NCBI GenBank assembly: GCA_003222895.1
Contig: QHXI01000052.1
Coordinates: 118,109-182,108 of the forward strand
Direction of reading: 5' to 3'
DNA: 64,000 nt
From: Acidobacteriota bacterium
GTDB lineage: Bacteria; Acidobacteriota; Blastocatellia; Pyrinomonadales; Pyrinomonadaceae
Positions 55,556-64,000 of the stretch are shown in pieces; within the stretch, counting starts at the first letter, position 1, and every line of letters begins with the position of its first letter. Under the pieces are notes generated by a model that had not been told where the DNA came from, did not search any database, and worked only from the letters and a program-made list of their open reading frames with translations. A program made the position numbers and the translations under genes.

Positions 55556-56461
55556 ATGGACGAGAACACCTCACTAATAAACATCGGCGAACTCTCGCGG
55601 CCAGCCGCCGTTCTCGTTGAGAAGATATCCGACGCCGTTGGCGGCATATTTAAACCTTATCAAATCGTTCGCGTAGCGAAAGCTGAAGCTCAGGCCGATC
55701 GTGTGAGGGCCGACGGCCAGATTGAGATTTCTAATCTTCAGCGCCGAGCGTTTCATCGCTTTCTCGAAGAGGAAGGCAAGAAACAAAAGAACATAGAGGA
55801 TATAACTCAGAAGGCTTTGCCGTTACTCAATGAAAATTCAAAACCCAACGAAGTTGAAGATGACTGGATAACGCACTACTTTGACAGGTGCCGACTGATT
55901 TCCGACGACGAAATGCAGAGTCTTTGGTCTAGAGTATTAGCCGGCGAAGCTAATAAGCCTGGAACATATTCAAAGCGAACTGTTAATTTCCTCTCTGGTC
56001 TCGATAAGAGTGATGCAGAATTGTTCACGAAACTCTGCGACTTTGTGTGGCAGATCGAAAAGGAACCTAACCTCGTAATTTTTGACCTGAGAAATAAGAT
56101 TTATACTGATCACGGTATTAATTTCGACGTACTTACTCACCTGGAAGCGATCGGTCTCATACAATTATTCACTTCGGACAACGTTGCCCGAGAGGATCTG
56201 CCATCCACGATCGCCGCAAGTTATTTCGAGACGACTATTGAATTGAAGATTACGAACGGAAAATTGATTATTGGAAAAGTCATTCTTACCAAAGTCGGAC
56301 GAGAGCTAACACCAATCTGCGGAAGTAACCCCGTAAGCGGCTTGCTTGAATATGTTTGTGACGTCTGGACAAAGCAAAGACTTGCGGATGAAGACGAAGC
56401 GGCTAGGTCCAGTTCCAAACCCGCAAAGTCTGAAGCAATACTGACCGCCAACAAAGAATAG
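55556..56461 (+). CDS. DUF2806-like protein (301 aa)
   Basis: [60 protein letters not shown] resembles the DUF2806 core as I recall it. The gene is visibly AT-richer than its neighbours. Confidence 0.45.
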   Translation: MDENTSLINIGELSRPAAVLVEKISDAVGGIFKPYQIVRVAKAEAQADRVRADGQIEISNLQRRAFHRFLEEEGKKQKNIEDITQKALPLLNENSKPNEVEDDWITHYFDRCRLISDDEMQSLWSRVLAGEANKPGTYSKRTVNFLSGLDKSDAELFTKLCDFVWQIEKEPNLVIFDLRNKIYTDHGINFDVLTHLEAIGLIQLFTSDNVAREDLPSTIAASYFETTIELKITNGKLIIGKVILTKVGRELTPICGSNPVSGLLEYVCDVWTKQRLADEDEAARSSSKPAKSEAILTANKE

Positions 56462-56463
56462 GC

Positions 56464-57831
56464 ATGAAAGACGCTGCGGGGTACCAACTCGTTGACAACA
56501 GAGACGACATACTCGAGTTGTATCAATCCATCCGCCCGCGGACGCTTGAAATCGTCGCGCCGCTCGAAATCGAAGACTACGTAATTCAAACCGCAGAGTT
56601 CATGTCGCCGCCGCGCTGGCACATCGGCCACACGTCCTGGTTCTTCGAAACAGTGCTTCAGAAATACCAAGCCGGCTACAAGACTTACTCAGAGGATTTT
56701 CTTTTCTTTTTCAATTCGTACTACGAAGGTTTTGGCCCACGGATTGAGCGGCCGAAGCGCGGCACACGCTCGCGGCCGACCGTAGCAGAAACCAAACAAT
56801 ATCGGGCGCACATCGACGAGCAGATGTCGCGTTTCATCGAAGATGTTTCGTCGCGCGCCGATGCGGACGAAATTTTGAAGATAGTCCGGCTCGGGCTTGA
56901 ACACGAGATGCAGCATCAGGAGTTGCTGGTTTATGACATCAAGCATTTGCTCTGCGATCAGTTTCAAGCGCCGATGAGAGCCGCGCCGCGATTGATTGAG
57001 AACATTAGCGGCATGGTTGAGATTGAAGGTGGACTATTCAACCTCGGATACGACAACACCGGCAAGGATGCCGGTGAACCGCCCGCAGGGATGCGGGCGC
57101 TCCAATTCGCATGGGACAACGAGAAGCCTGCGCACAAAGTTTGGCTCGAAGACTTCTCAATCGATCGCGCGCCGGTAAGCAATGGCGAATATCTCGAATT
57201 CATCAACGACGGTGGCTACCAGGATTTTCGTTGGTGGCATTCAGCCGGTTGGGAAAAGGTAAACACGGAACATTGGCAAGCGCCGCTCTACTGGGAGCAA
57301 CACGACACTGAGTGGATGATTCGGGACTTCGCGGGATTGCATCGTGCCTCCGACAAAGCGAACGAGCCGGTTTCGCACGTCAGCTTTCTCGAAGCATCGG
57401 CCTACGCGAAGTGGGCCGGCAAGCGTCTGCCGACTGAAGCAGAATGGGAAAAGGCCGCGACACTTTCTTCGTCACCGAATTCAAAGCAGAAGTTTCCCTG
57501 GGGCGAAGCGACGCCCGATGAATCACACGCGAACCTTTTTGAAAATGGTTTATGGTCAGTAGCGTCCATCGGCGCCTATCCTCAAGGCAAGACGGCGCAG
57601 GGTTTACATCAAATGATCGGCGACGTTTGGGAGTGGACGACTTCAGATTACGTTCCTTATCCGGGATTCAAATCAGAATTCGATGAGTATAACGACAAGT
57701 GGTTCGTCAGCCAGAAAGTTTTGCGCGGCGGATCGTTTGCGACACCGCAAATTCATATTCGTTCGACTTATCGGAATTTTTTCTATCCGCACGAGCGTTG
57801 GATGATCGCGGGGTTCCGCTGCGCTAAATAA
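56464..57831 (+). CDS. egtB: EgtB-like non-heme-iron sulfoxide synthase (DinB_2 + FGE-sulfatase domains)
   Basis: [29 protein letters not shown] (iron ligands), [49 protein letters not shown]. No C-terminal methyltransferase, so it is not OvoA. Confidence 0.8.
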   Translation: MKDAAGYQLVDNRDDILELYQSIRPRTLEIVAPLEIEDYVIQTAEFMSPPRWHIGHTSWFFETVLQKYQAGYKTYSEDFLFFFNSYYEGFGPRIERPKRGTRSRPTVAETKQYRAHIDEQMSRFIEDVSSRADADEILKIVRLGLEHEMQHQELLVYDIKHLLCDQFQAPMRAAPRLIENISGMVEIEGGLFNLGYDNTGKDAGEPPAGMRALQFAWDNEKPAHKVWLEDFSIDRAPVSNGEYLEFINDGGYQDFRWWHSAGWEKVNTEHWQAPLYWEQHDTEWMIRDFAGLHRASDKANEPVSHVSFLEASAYAKWAGKRLPTEAEWEKAATLSSSPNSKQKFPWGEATPDESHANLFENGLWSVASIGAYPQGKTAQGLHQMIGDVWEWTTSDYVPYPGFKSEFDEYNDKWFVSQKVLRGGSFATPQIHIRSTYRNFFYPHERWMIAGFRCAK

Positions 57832-57838
57832 CCTCATA

Positions 57839-57911
57839 GGACTGCGATGAAAGTACTGAGGACTGAGACAATCGCGTTTTTTTTCAGTACTCAGTAATTA
57901 GTCCTCAGTCC
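57839..57911. repeat. Imperfect palindromic element (GTACTGAGGACTGAG type) with a central T8 in a convergent gap
   Basis: ggactgcgatgaaagtactgaggactgag ... ttttttttcagtactcagtaattagtcctcagtcc. Confidence 0.6.
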
Positions 57912-57918
57912 ACTTAAT

Positions 57919-58578
57919 TTATTCGAACTGCTTTTTGAATTCTTCGAATTGACTTGTGAGATTGGCAACCTGTTCAGTCAGCGCCTGCACCTGCTCTTCG
58001 AGGTTCGCCACACGCTCTGAATCAGTCGTTCTCCGAGTCGATCGCTCGGCAACGGATGATTCGGCCATCTGCTCGATTTCCGGCTGGCCCGCAAGTAACT
58101 GAGCAAACCGCGCTTCCTTCTGACCGGGCTGACGCGGCAGCTTCATCACCAGCGGCTCACCATCATGCACGCTCAACGAATCAAGGGTCAGGTCGACTTC
58201 TTCCAAGCTTGAAAATTCATATAGACGCGATCCGCGCGTGCGAATTTCGCCGACGGTTTGCGGCCCGCTCAGCATCAATACGCAGAGCGCGGCAACTTCC
58301 GGCGGCGTCAGATGCATGACTTCGGGCACGACGTGTTTGTATTTCGGCACGCGGCTGGTGCTGCCGTGAAAGACGTAAGCCAGGTTCTTGTCGCGCAAAC
58401 TGAACAGCGCGCCATCGATCTCGCTTTCAGTGTAAGCGCTGACTGGATTGCGATTGTTTTTCTGATTGCACGCTGCGGTCAATGCATTCAGCGTGAGCGG
58501 ATAATACTCCGGCGTCGTGATCTGCTTTTCGATCAGCGCACCGAGGACGCGGACTTCGGTTGGGGTTAGTTGCGGCAT
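57919..58578 (-). CDS. DUF480 (YceH/UPF0502) family protein
   Basis: LTPTEVRVLGALIEKQITTPEYYPLTLNALTAACNQKNNRNPV is the YceH signature. Coiled-coil C-terminus. Confidence 0.8.
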   Translation of the reverse strand: MPQLTPTEVRVLGALIEKQITTPEYYPLTLNALTAACNQKNNRNPVSAYTESEIDGALFSLRDKNLAYVFHGSTSRVPKYKHVVPEVMHLTPPEVAALCVLMLSGPQTVGEIRTRGSRLYEFSSLEEVDLTLDSLSVHDGEPLVMKLPRQPGQKEARFAQLLAGQPEIEQMAESSVAERSTRRTTDSERVANLEEQVQALTEQVANLTSQFEEFKKQFE

Positions 58579-58606
58579 ACGAGAAGCATACCATTCGATT
58601 CATATC

Positions 58607-58774
58607 GCACTAGGAGTGCTTGCGCTTTTCGCTCCAGAGGAGCGCAATGTTTATAGCCCATCCGCGACCCCGAAATCCCAAAGCTCCTTGAGGAGCAACA
58701 TAATATTTCGCTCCTAAAGGAGCGAGAGACAAGAACAGACTCGCGGGCCACAAATATTTCGTGCCTAACGGCAC
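58607..58774. repeat. Cluster of five short GC hairpins (GCTCC-N3/4-GGAGC type) with AT-rich flanks
   Basis: gcactaggagtgc (58607), cgctccagaggagcg (58630), gctccttgaggagc (58683), cgctcctaaaggagcg (58709) and gtgcctaacggcac (58761). Several are preceded by atatttc. Confidence 0.7.
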
Positions 58775-58853
58775 TAGGAAACCGCGACCAGTAAATCAAC
58801 TTTCGCTACACAATTTCCTGCATAACCGTTAAGCTTACGACCTGGTTCGACCT

Positions 58854-59789
58854 ATGCGTAGAGTCGAGACACGTCTTCCCAGAATCTTGTTGCTAAGTGC
58901 GAGCCTGTTGATGATCGTTTCGGTATTGGCAGAATCGGCCGCAGGCGCTCCAGCGCCGTCAGGCGATCCGTGTGTCGCGACAACATTTCTTCACTGCGTG
59001 AGTTATGGCAGCGGCGATCCGATCATTGCCCTGCACGGGCTGGGTGGGACGCTTTATTCCTGGCGTAATCTCGTAAACAAATTCCCTAATCACCAATTGA
59101 TTTTATTTGATCTGAAAGGCGCCGGTGATTCGCCCAAACCTCACGACAAACATTATTCGATCGAGGATCAAGCGAATCTCATCCTGCAGTTCATTCGGCA
59201 AAACGATCTGAAGAACCTTACGCTGATGGGCAATTCCTATGGCGGCGCGGTCTCGCTCTTTCTGGCTATTGAATTGAGTAAAGAGCTTCCGAGCCGCCTG
59301 GCATCGCTGATCTTGATCGACAGCGGGGGCTACGACGAGGACTTGCCTACTCATCTTAAGCTACTGCGAACGCCGCTTATTGGTTGGTTAGGACTTCACC
59401 TCCTGCTGCGTTTCTCGATCAAAAGAGTCTTGCACGATTCCTACTACGACAAGAACAAGATTACGGACGAGCAGGTCGACGCCTATGTTAATCCACTCAA
59501 GGCGCCGGGCGCGCGTTATGCGCTGCTGCAAACGGCAAAGCAGGCAATTCCTAAAAACATCGACCAGATAACGGCACAGTACAAAAACCTTTCAGTCCCG
59601 ACGCTGATTATTTGGGGTCTGGACGATCGCATCATCCCGCTGAAGATTGGCGGACGCTTGCACTTGGATCTTTCGCATTCGACGCTCGAACTCATCGACC
59701 GCTGCGGTCACGTGCCGCAGGAAGAAATGCCCGCAGAGACCATGATTCACATCACGCAATTTTTTCGGGGCCTGGGATGGATCCCATAA
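58854..59789 (+). CDS. Secreted alpha/beta hydrolase
   Basis: Signal peptide, HGLGGT oxyanion motif, nucleophile elbow MGNSYGG, and C-terminal CGHVPQEE. Confidence 0.75.
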   Translation: MRRVETRLPRILLLSASLLMIVSVLAESAAGAPAPSGDPCVATTFLHCVSYGSGDPIIALHGLGGTLYSWRNLVNKFPNHQLILFDLKGAGDSPKPHDKHYSIEDQANLILQFIRQNDLKNLTLMGNSYGGAVSLFLAIELSKELPSRLASLILIDSGGYDEDLPTHLKLLRTPLIGWLGLHLLLRFSIKRVLHDSYYDKNKITDEQVDAYVNPLKAPGARYALLQTAKQAIPKNIDQITAQYKNLSVPTLIIWGLDDRIIPLKIGGRLHLDLSHSTLELIDRCGHVPQEEMPAETMIHITQFFRGLGWIP

Positions 59790-59966
59790 CTACATGTCTT
59801 ACTGGCGAGTAGTGACGCGTAACATGACCGGACGTTTCCTGGTTTTTTGCACTTCTTCAACAGTGCTTCTAGTCTTTCGCCACGTCGATAATCAAGCCGC
59901 ATGACGTGAAGTTTAGCGGCGCGAACGTCACGAAGTGGCGAACGATGTGCTCGATATAGACTGGAA

Positions 59967-60347
59967 ATGAAACGAGATGCACGCACGATCGGGCTGGTCC
60001 TTTGGCGCTCTTTGAAGCTGCAATGTCCGGTGTGCGGAAAGGCGTCAATCGTTAAGCGTGCGTTCAGTCTCAAGCACGATTGCGATGCCTGCGGCGTAAT
60101 CTTCAAACGCGAAGAGGGATTTTTTGTCGGCGCGATCATGGCGAACGTCATCCTGACGGAATTCTTCATCCTCGACATTTATTTTGTTTGCTTGCTAATC
60201 AACAATCTCAGCGATCGCGTGATGCTCACAATACTGTTCGTCGTAGCAGTAACTTTTCCGCTGGCCTTTTATCACCACGCGTGGGCGCTTTGGCTGGCCA
60301 TGGATCATTTGATCGAGGGATTGTCGCGCGAGGCGGGGAAATTGTGA
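59967..60347 (+). CDS. DUF983 domain membrane protein
   Basis: Zinc-ribbon CPVCGK...CDACG followed by two TM helices, the DUF983 pattern. Confidence 0.65.
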   Translation: MKRDARTIGLVLWRSLKLQCPVCGKASIVKRAFSLKHDCDACGVIFKREEGFFVGAIMANVILTEFFILDIYFVCLLINNLSDRVMLTILFVVAVTFPLAFYHHAWALWLAMDHLIEGLSREAGKL

Positions 60348-60357
60348 GCTAGGATTT

Positions 60358-60494
60358 GGGTGTAGGGTTTTGGGTGTAGGGTGCGGGAATCGCGGGTCAT
60401 AGGGAGCAGCATCTGGGCATCTGGGCATCTGCTATCCGGCGTTGGAGCCATTATCAAAGAATTGTCGTCGCTCTCACCCAACACCCTATACCCC
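60358..60494. repeat. Inverted repeat GGGTGTAGGGTTTTGGGTGTAGGGTG / CACCCAACACCCTATACCCC enclosing a 3 x 8-nt tandem (GCATCTGG)
   Basis: Arms at 60358-60383 and 60475-60494. Tandem at 60409-60432. The right arm overlaps the stop of the thioesterase gene. Confidence 0.6.
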
Positions 60495-60941
60495 GTTCCC
60501 TTCCGCAAACGGTTCAAGCGCACGTCGCAATTCTTCCGGCAACGGAATCGGCTTTAGATCGATTCGATTAGTCGATACGAGCACGAAGTGCGCGGTCGCC
60601 ATCAGATCCTTTTCAATCGTCCCGTCCTCAGTCTTGCGGCGCACTTCGAAGTTCAAACGCAGAGAAGTTCGGCCAATCTTTCCGACATAGACGCTTACTT
60701 CCAGCAAGTCATCCAAACGCGGAGCGCGATGAAAATCGCACTCGAGATGCACGCGCGGCAGCCAGATGTCGAGTTCATCAAAGATTTTTCCGTAAGGCAT
60801 GCCGACGGATCGAAACAGTTCTGTCTCGGCGATTTCAAAGAAGCGAATGTACGAGCCGTAGAAGATTATGTTCGCGGCATCAACGTCGCCCCAGCGGACG
60901 CGTTCTTCGATGGTGAACTTTGTTGAGTGAGTCATTAACAA
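60486..60941 (-). CDS. Acyl-CoA thioesterase, 4HBT/YbgC family
   Basis: Hot-dog fold pattern VRWGDVDAANIIFYGSYIRFFEIAETELFRSVG. Confidence 0.75.
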   Translation of the reverse strand: MLMTHSTKFTIEERVRWGDVDAANIIFYGSYIRFFEIAETELFRSVGMPYGKIFDELDIWLPRVHLECDFHRAPRLDDLLEVSVYVGKIGRTSLRLNFEVRRKTEDGTIEKDLMATAHFVLVSTNRIDLKPIPLPEELRRALEPFAEGNGV

Positions 60942-60975
60942 GTGTCAGAAGCCCGACCGTCAGGGAGGGCATCTC

Positions 60976-62907
60976 TCAAGCTGCATTGGCGCCTTCCGCC
61001 AACGCGCGCTGCTTCGCAAAGTGATCGGCAATTTCTGTTGCAGTTTTTCTGCCAACGAACGGCGCGAGTTCTTCGACGCTCGCCTCAGAAACTTTGTGAA
61101 TCGATCCGAAATGGCGCAGGAGCCGGGTCTTTCTTTTCTCGCCCACCCCGGGAATCGCGGAAAGTTCAGAAGTGAAATCGCGCAGCTCGCGCCGCTTGCG
61201 ATGATAAGTAACCGCATAGCGATGCGTCTCGTCGCGAATCATCTGAATCAGACGCAGCACTTGCGAATACGAATCAAGATAGATGGGCTCGTCTTCGCGT
61301 CCCTTCACGAGAAGGTAAGCGACCTGGTTGTGATGCAGCGGCGGTTTGACCACACCAATCATCGGCACGGCTTCGAGATCGAGCATGCGCATCGCTTCCG
61401 CCGCCGCGTTCAATTGCGCTTTGCCGCCGTCGATCATGATGAGATCCGGCAAAGCTTTTTCTTCGTCGCGCAGGCGGCGATAACGGCGCAGCACGGCTTC
61501 ATGCATCGAGGCGAAATCGTTGGCGCCTTCGGTCCAGCGAATCTTGAACTTGCGATACTCGTTGCGATTCATTTTGCCGTTTTCGCAGACGACCATGCCG
61601 GCGACATTCTCGGAGCCCTGAATGTGCGAAATGTCGAACGATTCGATCCGCGCCGGAAAGTGCGGCAACTCGAGTGTCTCCTGCATTTCTTCCAGCACGC
61701 GCTTCATGTCTGGCTTGAGCACGCGAAAGCGCTGCTCGAAAGCGAGCTTCGCATTCTTCTCGACCAGATCGATCATGTCGCGCTTCTCGCCGCGCTGCGG
61801 AGCAAGGATGTGCACTCGGCGGCCGCGGCGTTCGCGCAAAACTTTTTCAAGCAGTTCGCGATCTTCGAAATCGACAGGCGCGTGAATTTCGCGGGGCAGA
61901 AACGACGTGCGCACATCGTGCGTTTGCAGATCGGCTGCGGGCACAGTTGGCGCGTCGGAACTACTGTAATACTGCATCAGCACTTCGCCGATGAAACTCG
62001 CCGGATTGAAATCGTCTTCCGGCAAGTCTTCCCAGAAAAATTCGCGCCGGCCCACGATGTCGCCTTCGCGCATGGTGAAAAGCTGCAGCGCGAGCCGCTT
62101 GCCCTCGCGATAGTAGCCAAAAATATCGATGTCGCTTTCGCTCGTCGTGGCCATCTTCTGCTGCTCGGAAAGTTTGATTACGGTCTTGCGAAGATCGCGA
62201 TACTTGGCGGCGATTTCGTAACGCATCGCTTCCGACGCCTGCAGCATGCGCGCTCCCAGTTTGTCCGCGAGTTCTGTGTTGCGGCCCTCGAGCAACAGGC
62301 GCACATCGCGCACGGCTTCCTGATATTCTTCCGCCGCGCACAACCCTTTCACGCATGGGCCAAGACAACGCTTGATGTGATATTCGAGACATGGCCGCGG
62401 CGCTTTGCCGTCGATTTCAATGTCGCAAGTGCGCAGTTGAAATGTGCGATTGATCAGATCGATTGTCCGGCGGGCCATCGACGCCGGCAGAAACGGACCG
62501 AAGTAAAGCGCGCCATCGTTTTGAATGCGCCGCGTGATCACGCATTTGGGAAACGCTTCATTAACGGTCAGTTTCAGGTGCGGATAAGACTTGTCGTCTT
62601 TTAGTTTGTAATTGAAATAGGGTTGATGTTTCTTTACGAGCGAAGCTTCCAGGATGAAAGCTTCGGCTTCGTTGTCGGTGACGATGAACTCCACGTCGGC
62701 AATCTGATTTACTAGTTCTTCAGTCTTAATGCCGTAACTGAAATCGCCTCGGCGGCCCGATTGAAAGTACGAGCGCACACGATTGCGCAGGTTCTTTGCC
62801 TTGCCGATATAGATAATCTTTCCGCCCGCGTCTTTGTGCAGATAAACGCCCGGCGTGCGCGGAATTTCCTTGAGTTTTTCTTCGAGAGTCACCAGCGAAT
62901 TAGCCAT
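60976..62907 (-). CDS. uvrC: Excinuclease ABC subunit C
   Basis: GIY-YIG (PGVYLHKDAGGKIIYIGKAKNLRNRVRSYF), UVR domain, endonuclease domain, and C-terminal HhH (IPGVGEKRKTRLLRHFGS). Start moved to ATG 62907. Confidence 0.93.
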   Translation of the reverse strand: MANSLVTLEEKLKEIPRTPGVYLHKDAGGKIIYIGKAKNLRNRVRSYFQSGRRGDFSYGIKTEELVNQIADVEFIVTDNEAEAFILEASLVKKHQPYFNYKLKDDKSYPHLKLTVNEAFPKCVITRRIQNDGALYFGPFLPASMARRTIDLINRTFQLRTCDIEIDGKAPRPCLEYHIKRCLGPCVKGLCAAEEYQEAVRDVRLLLEGRNTELADKLGARMLQASEAMRYEIAAKYRDLRKTVIKLSEQQKMATTSESDIDIFGYYREGKRLALQLFTMREGDIVGRREFFWEDLPEDDFNPASFIGEVLMQYYSSSDAPTVPAADLQTHDVRTSFLPREIHAPVDFEDRELLEKVLRERRGRRVHILAPQRGEKRDMIDLVEKNAKLAFEQRFRVLKPDMKRVLEEMQETLELPHFPARIESFDISHIQGSENVAGMVVCENGKMNRNEYRKFKIRWTEGANDFASMHEAVLRRYRRLRDEEKALPDLIMIDGGKAQLNAAAEAMRMLDLEAVPMIGVVKPPLHHNQVAYLLVKGREDEPIYLDSYSQVLRLIQMIRDETHRYAVTYHRKRRELRDFTSELSAIPGVGEKRKTRLLRHFGSIHKVSEASVEELAPFVGRKTATEIADHFAKQRALAEGANAA

Positions 62908-62929
62908 TGTTATCAGAGCGTGAAATCGG

Positions 62930-63022
62930 CCACAGATGAACACAAATTTACACTGATCTTTGAATTTCTATCTGTGTCGATCTGTGTTTATCTGTGGCGA
63001 TTCTCCTCTGTGCCTCTGTGGC
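62930..63022. repeat. CCACAGAT-type imperfect palindrome plus a CCACAGAGGCACAGAGG half-site
   Basis: Arms 62930-62957 and 62970-62997, related to the 28-nt arms at 51656/51804. 63001-63022 is the reverse complement of a motif seen at 36971-36990. Confidence 0.6.
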
Positions 63023-63062
63023 AAACTCCTTTTCGATTATGATAGCTGATGGATGAACTAGC

Positions 63063-64000
63063 GTGCGAATCCATTTTTCATTACCGGACAAAAGAGAATT
63101 CGATGCAGCCGGCTTTGGGCTGAACGCCGTCGATCACTTGATCGTCGTTCCGGAATATCCCGCCTTCGACACCAAAACGCCGTTCACGCAATACCAGAAA
63201 TCCGCCGGCGGCCAGATGGCGTCAGCGATGGTTGCTCTGCAACGGCTCGGGATGACGACGGCCTACGCGGGAAGATTTGGATCTGACGAAGCTGGAACGT
63301 TCGGCCGCCAAACATTAGAAGAAGAAGGCATAAACCTTGGGTTTGCCGAAACAATCGAAGGCGCAACGAATCAGATCGCTTTCATAGTCATCGAGGCGCG
63401 TTCGGGCGAACGCACGATTGTCTGGGATCGAGACGAGCGGCTTTCTTATCAGCCTGACGAAGCCCCAATCGCACTCGCGTCGCGTAGCCGGATCCTGCAC
63501 ATCGACGCGCACGATCCGCCGGCGTGTGCAGTCATGGCGCGCGCGGCACGAGCCGCCGGCACAATTGTCACCGCGGATATCGACAACATCTATGAAGGAC
63601 TGCCGGATCTGCTTCCACTGATCGACGTGCTGATCACATCCTCCGAATTTCCGCAGCATCTTACCGGCATCAACGATCTTCGAGGTGCTCTGATTGAAAT
63701 CAAGGCGCTCTACGGCTGTACGATTGCCGGCGCAACGTTGGGCGGGCGCGGCGCGATCATTTACTGCGAAGATCAATTTATCGTGTCGCCGGCGTTCGAA
63801 GTGCCCGGCGGCTGTCGAGACACGACCGGCGCGGGCGACGCTTTTCACGCCGGTTTCATTTACGGAATGCTGCGCGATGAAGACCTGGAAGATTGCTTGA
63901 AACTCGGTAATGCGGTTGCCGCGCTGAAGTGTCGTGCGCTCGGCGGCCGCACGGCGCTACCAGCGGAAAATGACCTGCATAAGTTCCTGACCTCAAACGC
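63063..64000 (+). CDS. PfkB-family carbohydrate kinase (3' end outside window); absent from the supplied ORF track
   Basis: Own translation from GTG 63063: RIHFSLPDKREFDAAGFGLNAVDHLIVVPEYP...GGQMASAMVALQRLG...DTTGAGDAFHAGFIYGML. The frame is open to the window end. Confidence 0.8.
   Translation, partial: MRIHFSLPDKREFDAAGFGLNAVDHLIVVPEYPAFDTKTPFTQYQKSAGGQMASAMVALQRLGMTTAYAGRFGSDEAGTFGRQTLEEEGINLGFAETIEGATNQIAFIVIEARSGERTIVWDRDERLSYQPDEAPIALASRSRILHIDAHDPPACAVMARAARAAGTIVTADIDNIYEGLPDLLPLIDVLITSSEFPQHLTGINDLRGALIEIKALYGCTIAGATLGGRGAIIYCEDQFIVSPAFEVPGGCRDTTGAGDAFHAGFIYGMLRDEDLEDCLKLGNAVAALKCRALGGRTALPAENDLHKFLTSN

Noticed and set aside
60409-60432. Tandem repeats / CRISPR
   Set aside because: Only 3 x 8 nt with no spacers. 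The hairpin cluster at 58607-58774 has non-identical stems and irregular short spacing. No cas genes are present. This is not CRISPR.
61021-62604. 527-aa ORF on the plus strand
   Set aside because: It is antisense to uvrC, whose minus-strand translation has clear GIY-YIG, UVR and HhH motifs. The plus-strand product is Arg/Ala/His-rich with no motifs, a typical shadow ORF in GC-rich DNA.
1-64000. tRNA, rRNA, tmRNA, RNase P, SRP RNA, transposase/integrase genes
   Set aside because: I scanned the intergenic regions by eye for T-loop GGTTCGAATCC-like strings and other conserved RNA blocks, and found none. No ORF has transposase or recombinase motifs. A tRNAscan or Infernal run would be the decisive check.

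Overview
This is a 64-kb chromosomal segment from a moderately GC-rich (judged by eye), diderm, soil-type bacterium. The gene content suggests an Acidobacteriota-like origin, but that is inference only. Supporting signs are CarboxypepD_reg-fused TonB-dependent receptors, a giant kinase-AAA-TPR protein, and many low-complexity palindromic intergenic elements. Most of the window is housekeeping: purL (partial), fbaB, pgsA, dnaK-dnaJ-hspR, ispA-xseB-xseA, alaX, an M61 peptidase, selD, an egtB-like gene, uvrC and a partial PfkB kinase. No rRNA, tRNA, CRISPR array, transposase or integrase was recognised.

The most interesting locus is 32.0-36.0 kb. It holds a DUF4231/SLATT two-TM protein, then a decayed small TIR ORF (one frame, two in-frame TAGs). 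A 990-aa protein follows, with predicted topology TM - about 630-aa extracytoplasmic Ig-like/CarboxypepD_reg region - TM - cytoplasmic beta-rich domain - TIR with its catalytic Glu intact. I read this as a candidate uncharacterised TIR-signalling conflict or defence module with a Toll-like-receptor-like layout.

Other notable points:
- selD is a selenoprotein gene. An in-frame TGA and a strong RBS lie upstream of the ORF-track start.
- selD sits 1.5 kb from an egtB-like sulfoxide synthase, separated by a small AT-richer islet.
- dnaJ is disrupted by a frameshifting deletion.
- A Fur-box-like array overlaps the start of a TonB-dependent receptor.
- There is a 49-aa metallothionein-like ORF and a mazEF pair.
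- Nested palindromic elements fill most of the non-overlapping convergent gene gaps (six of eight).

All family assignments come from motif recognition by eye. No searches were run.
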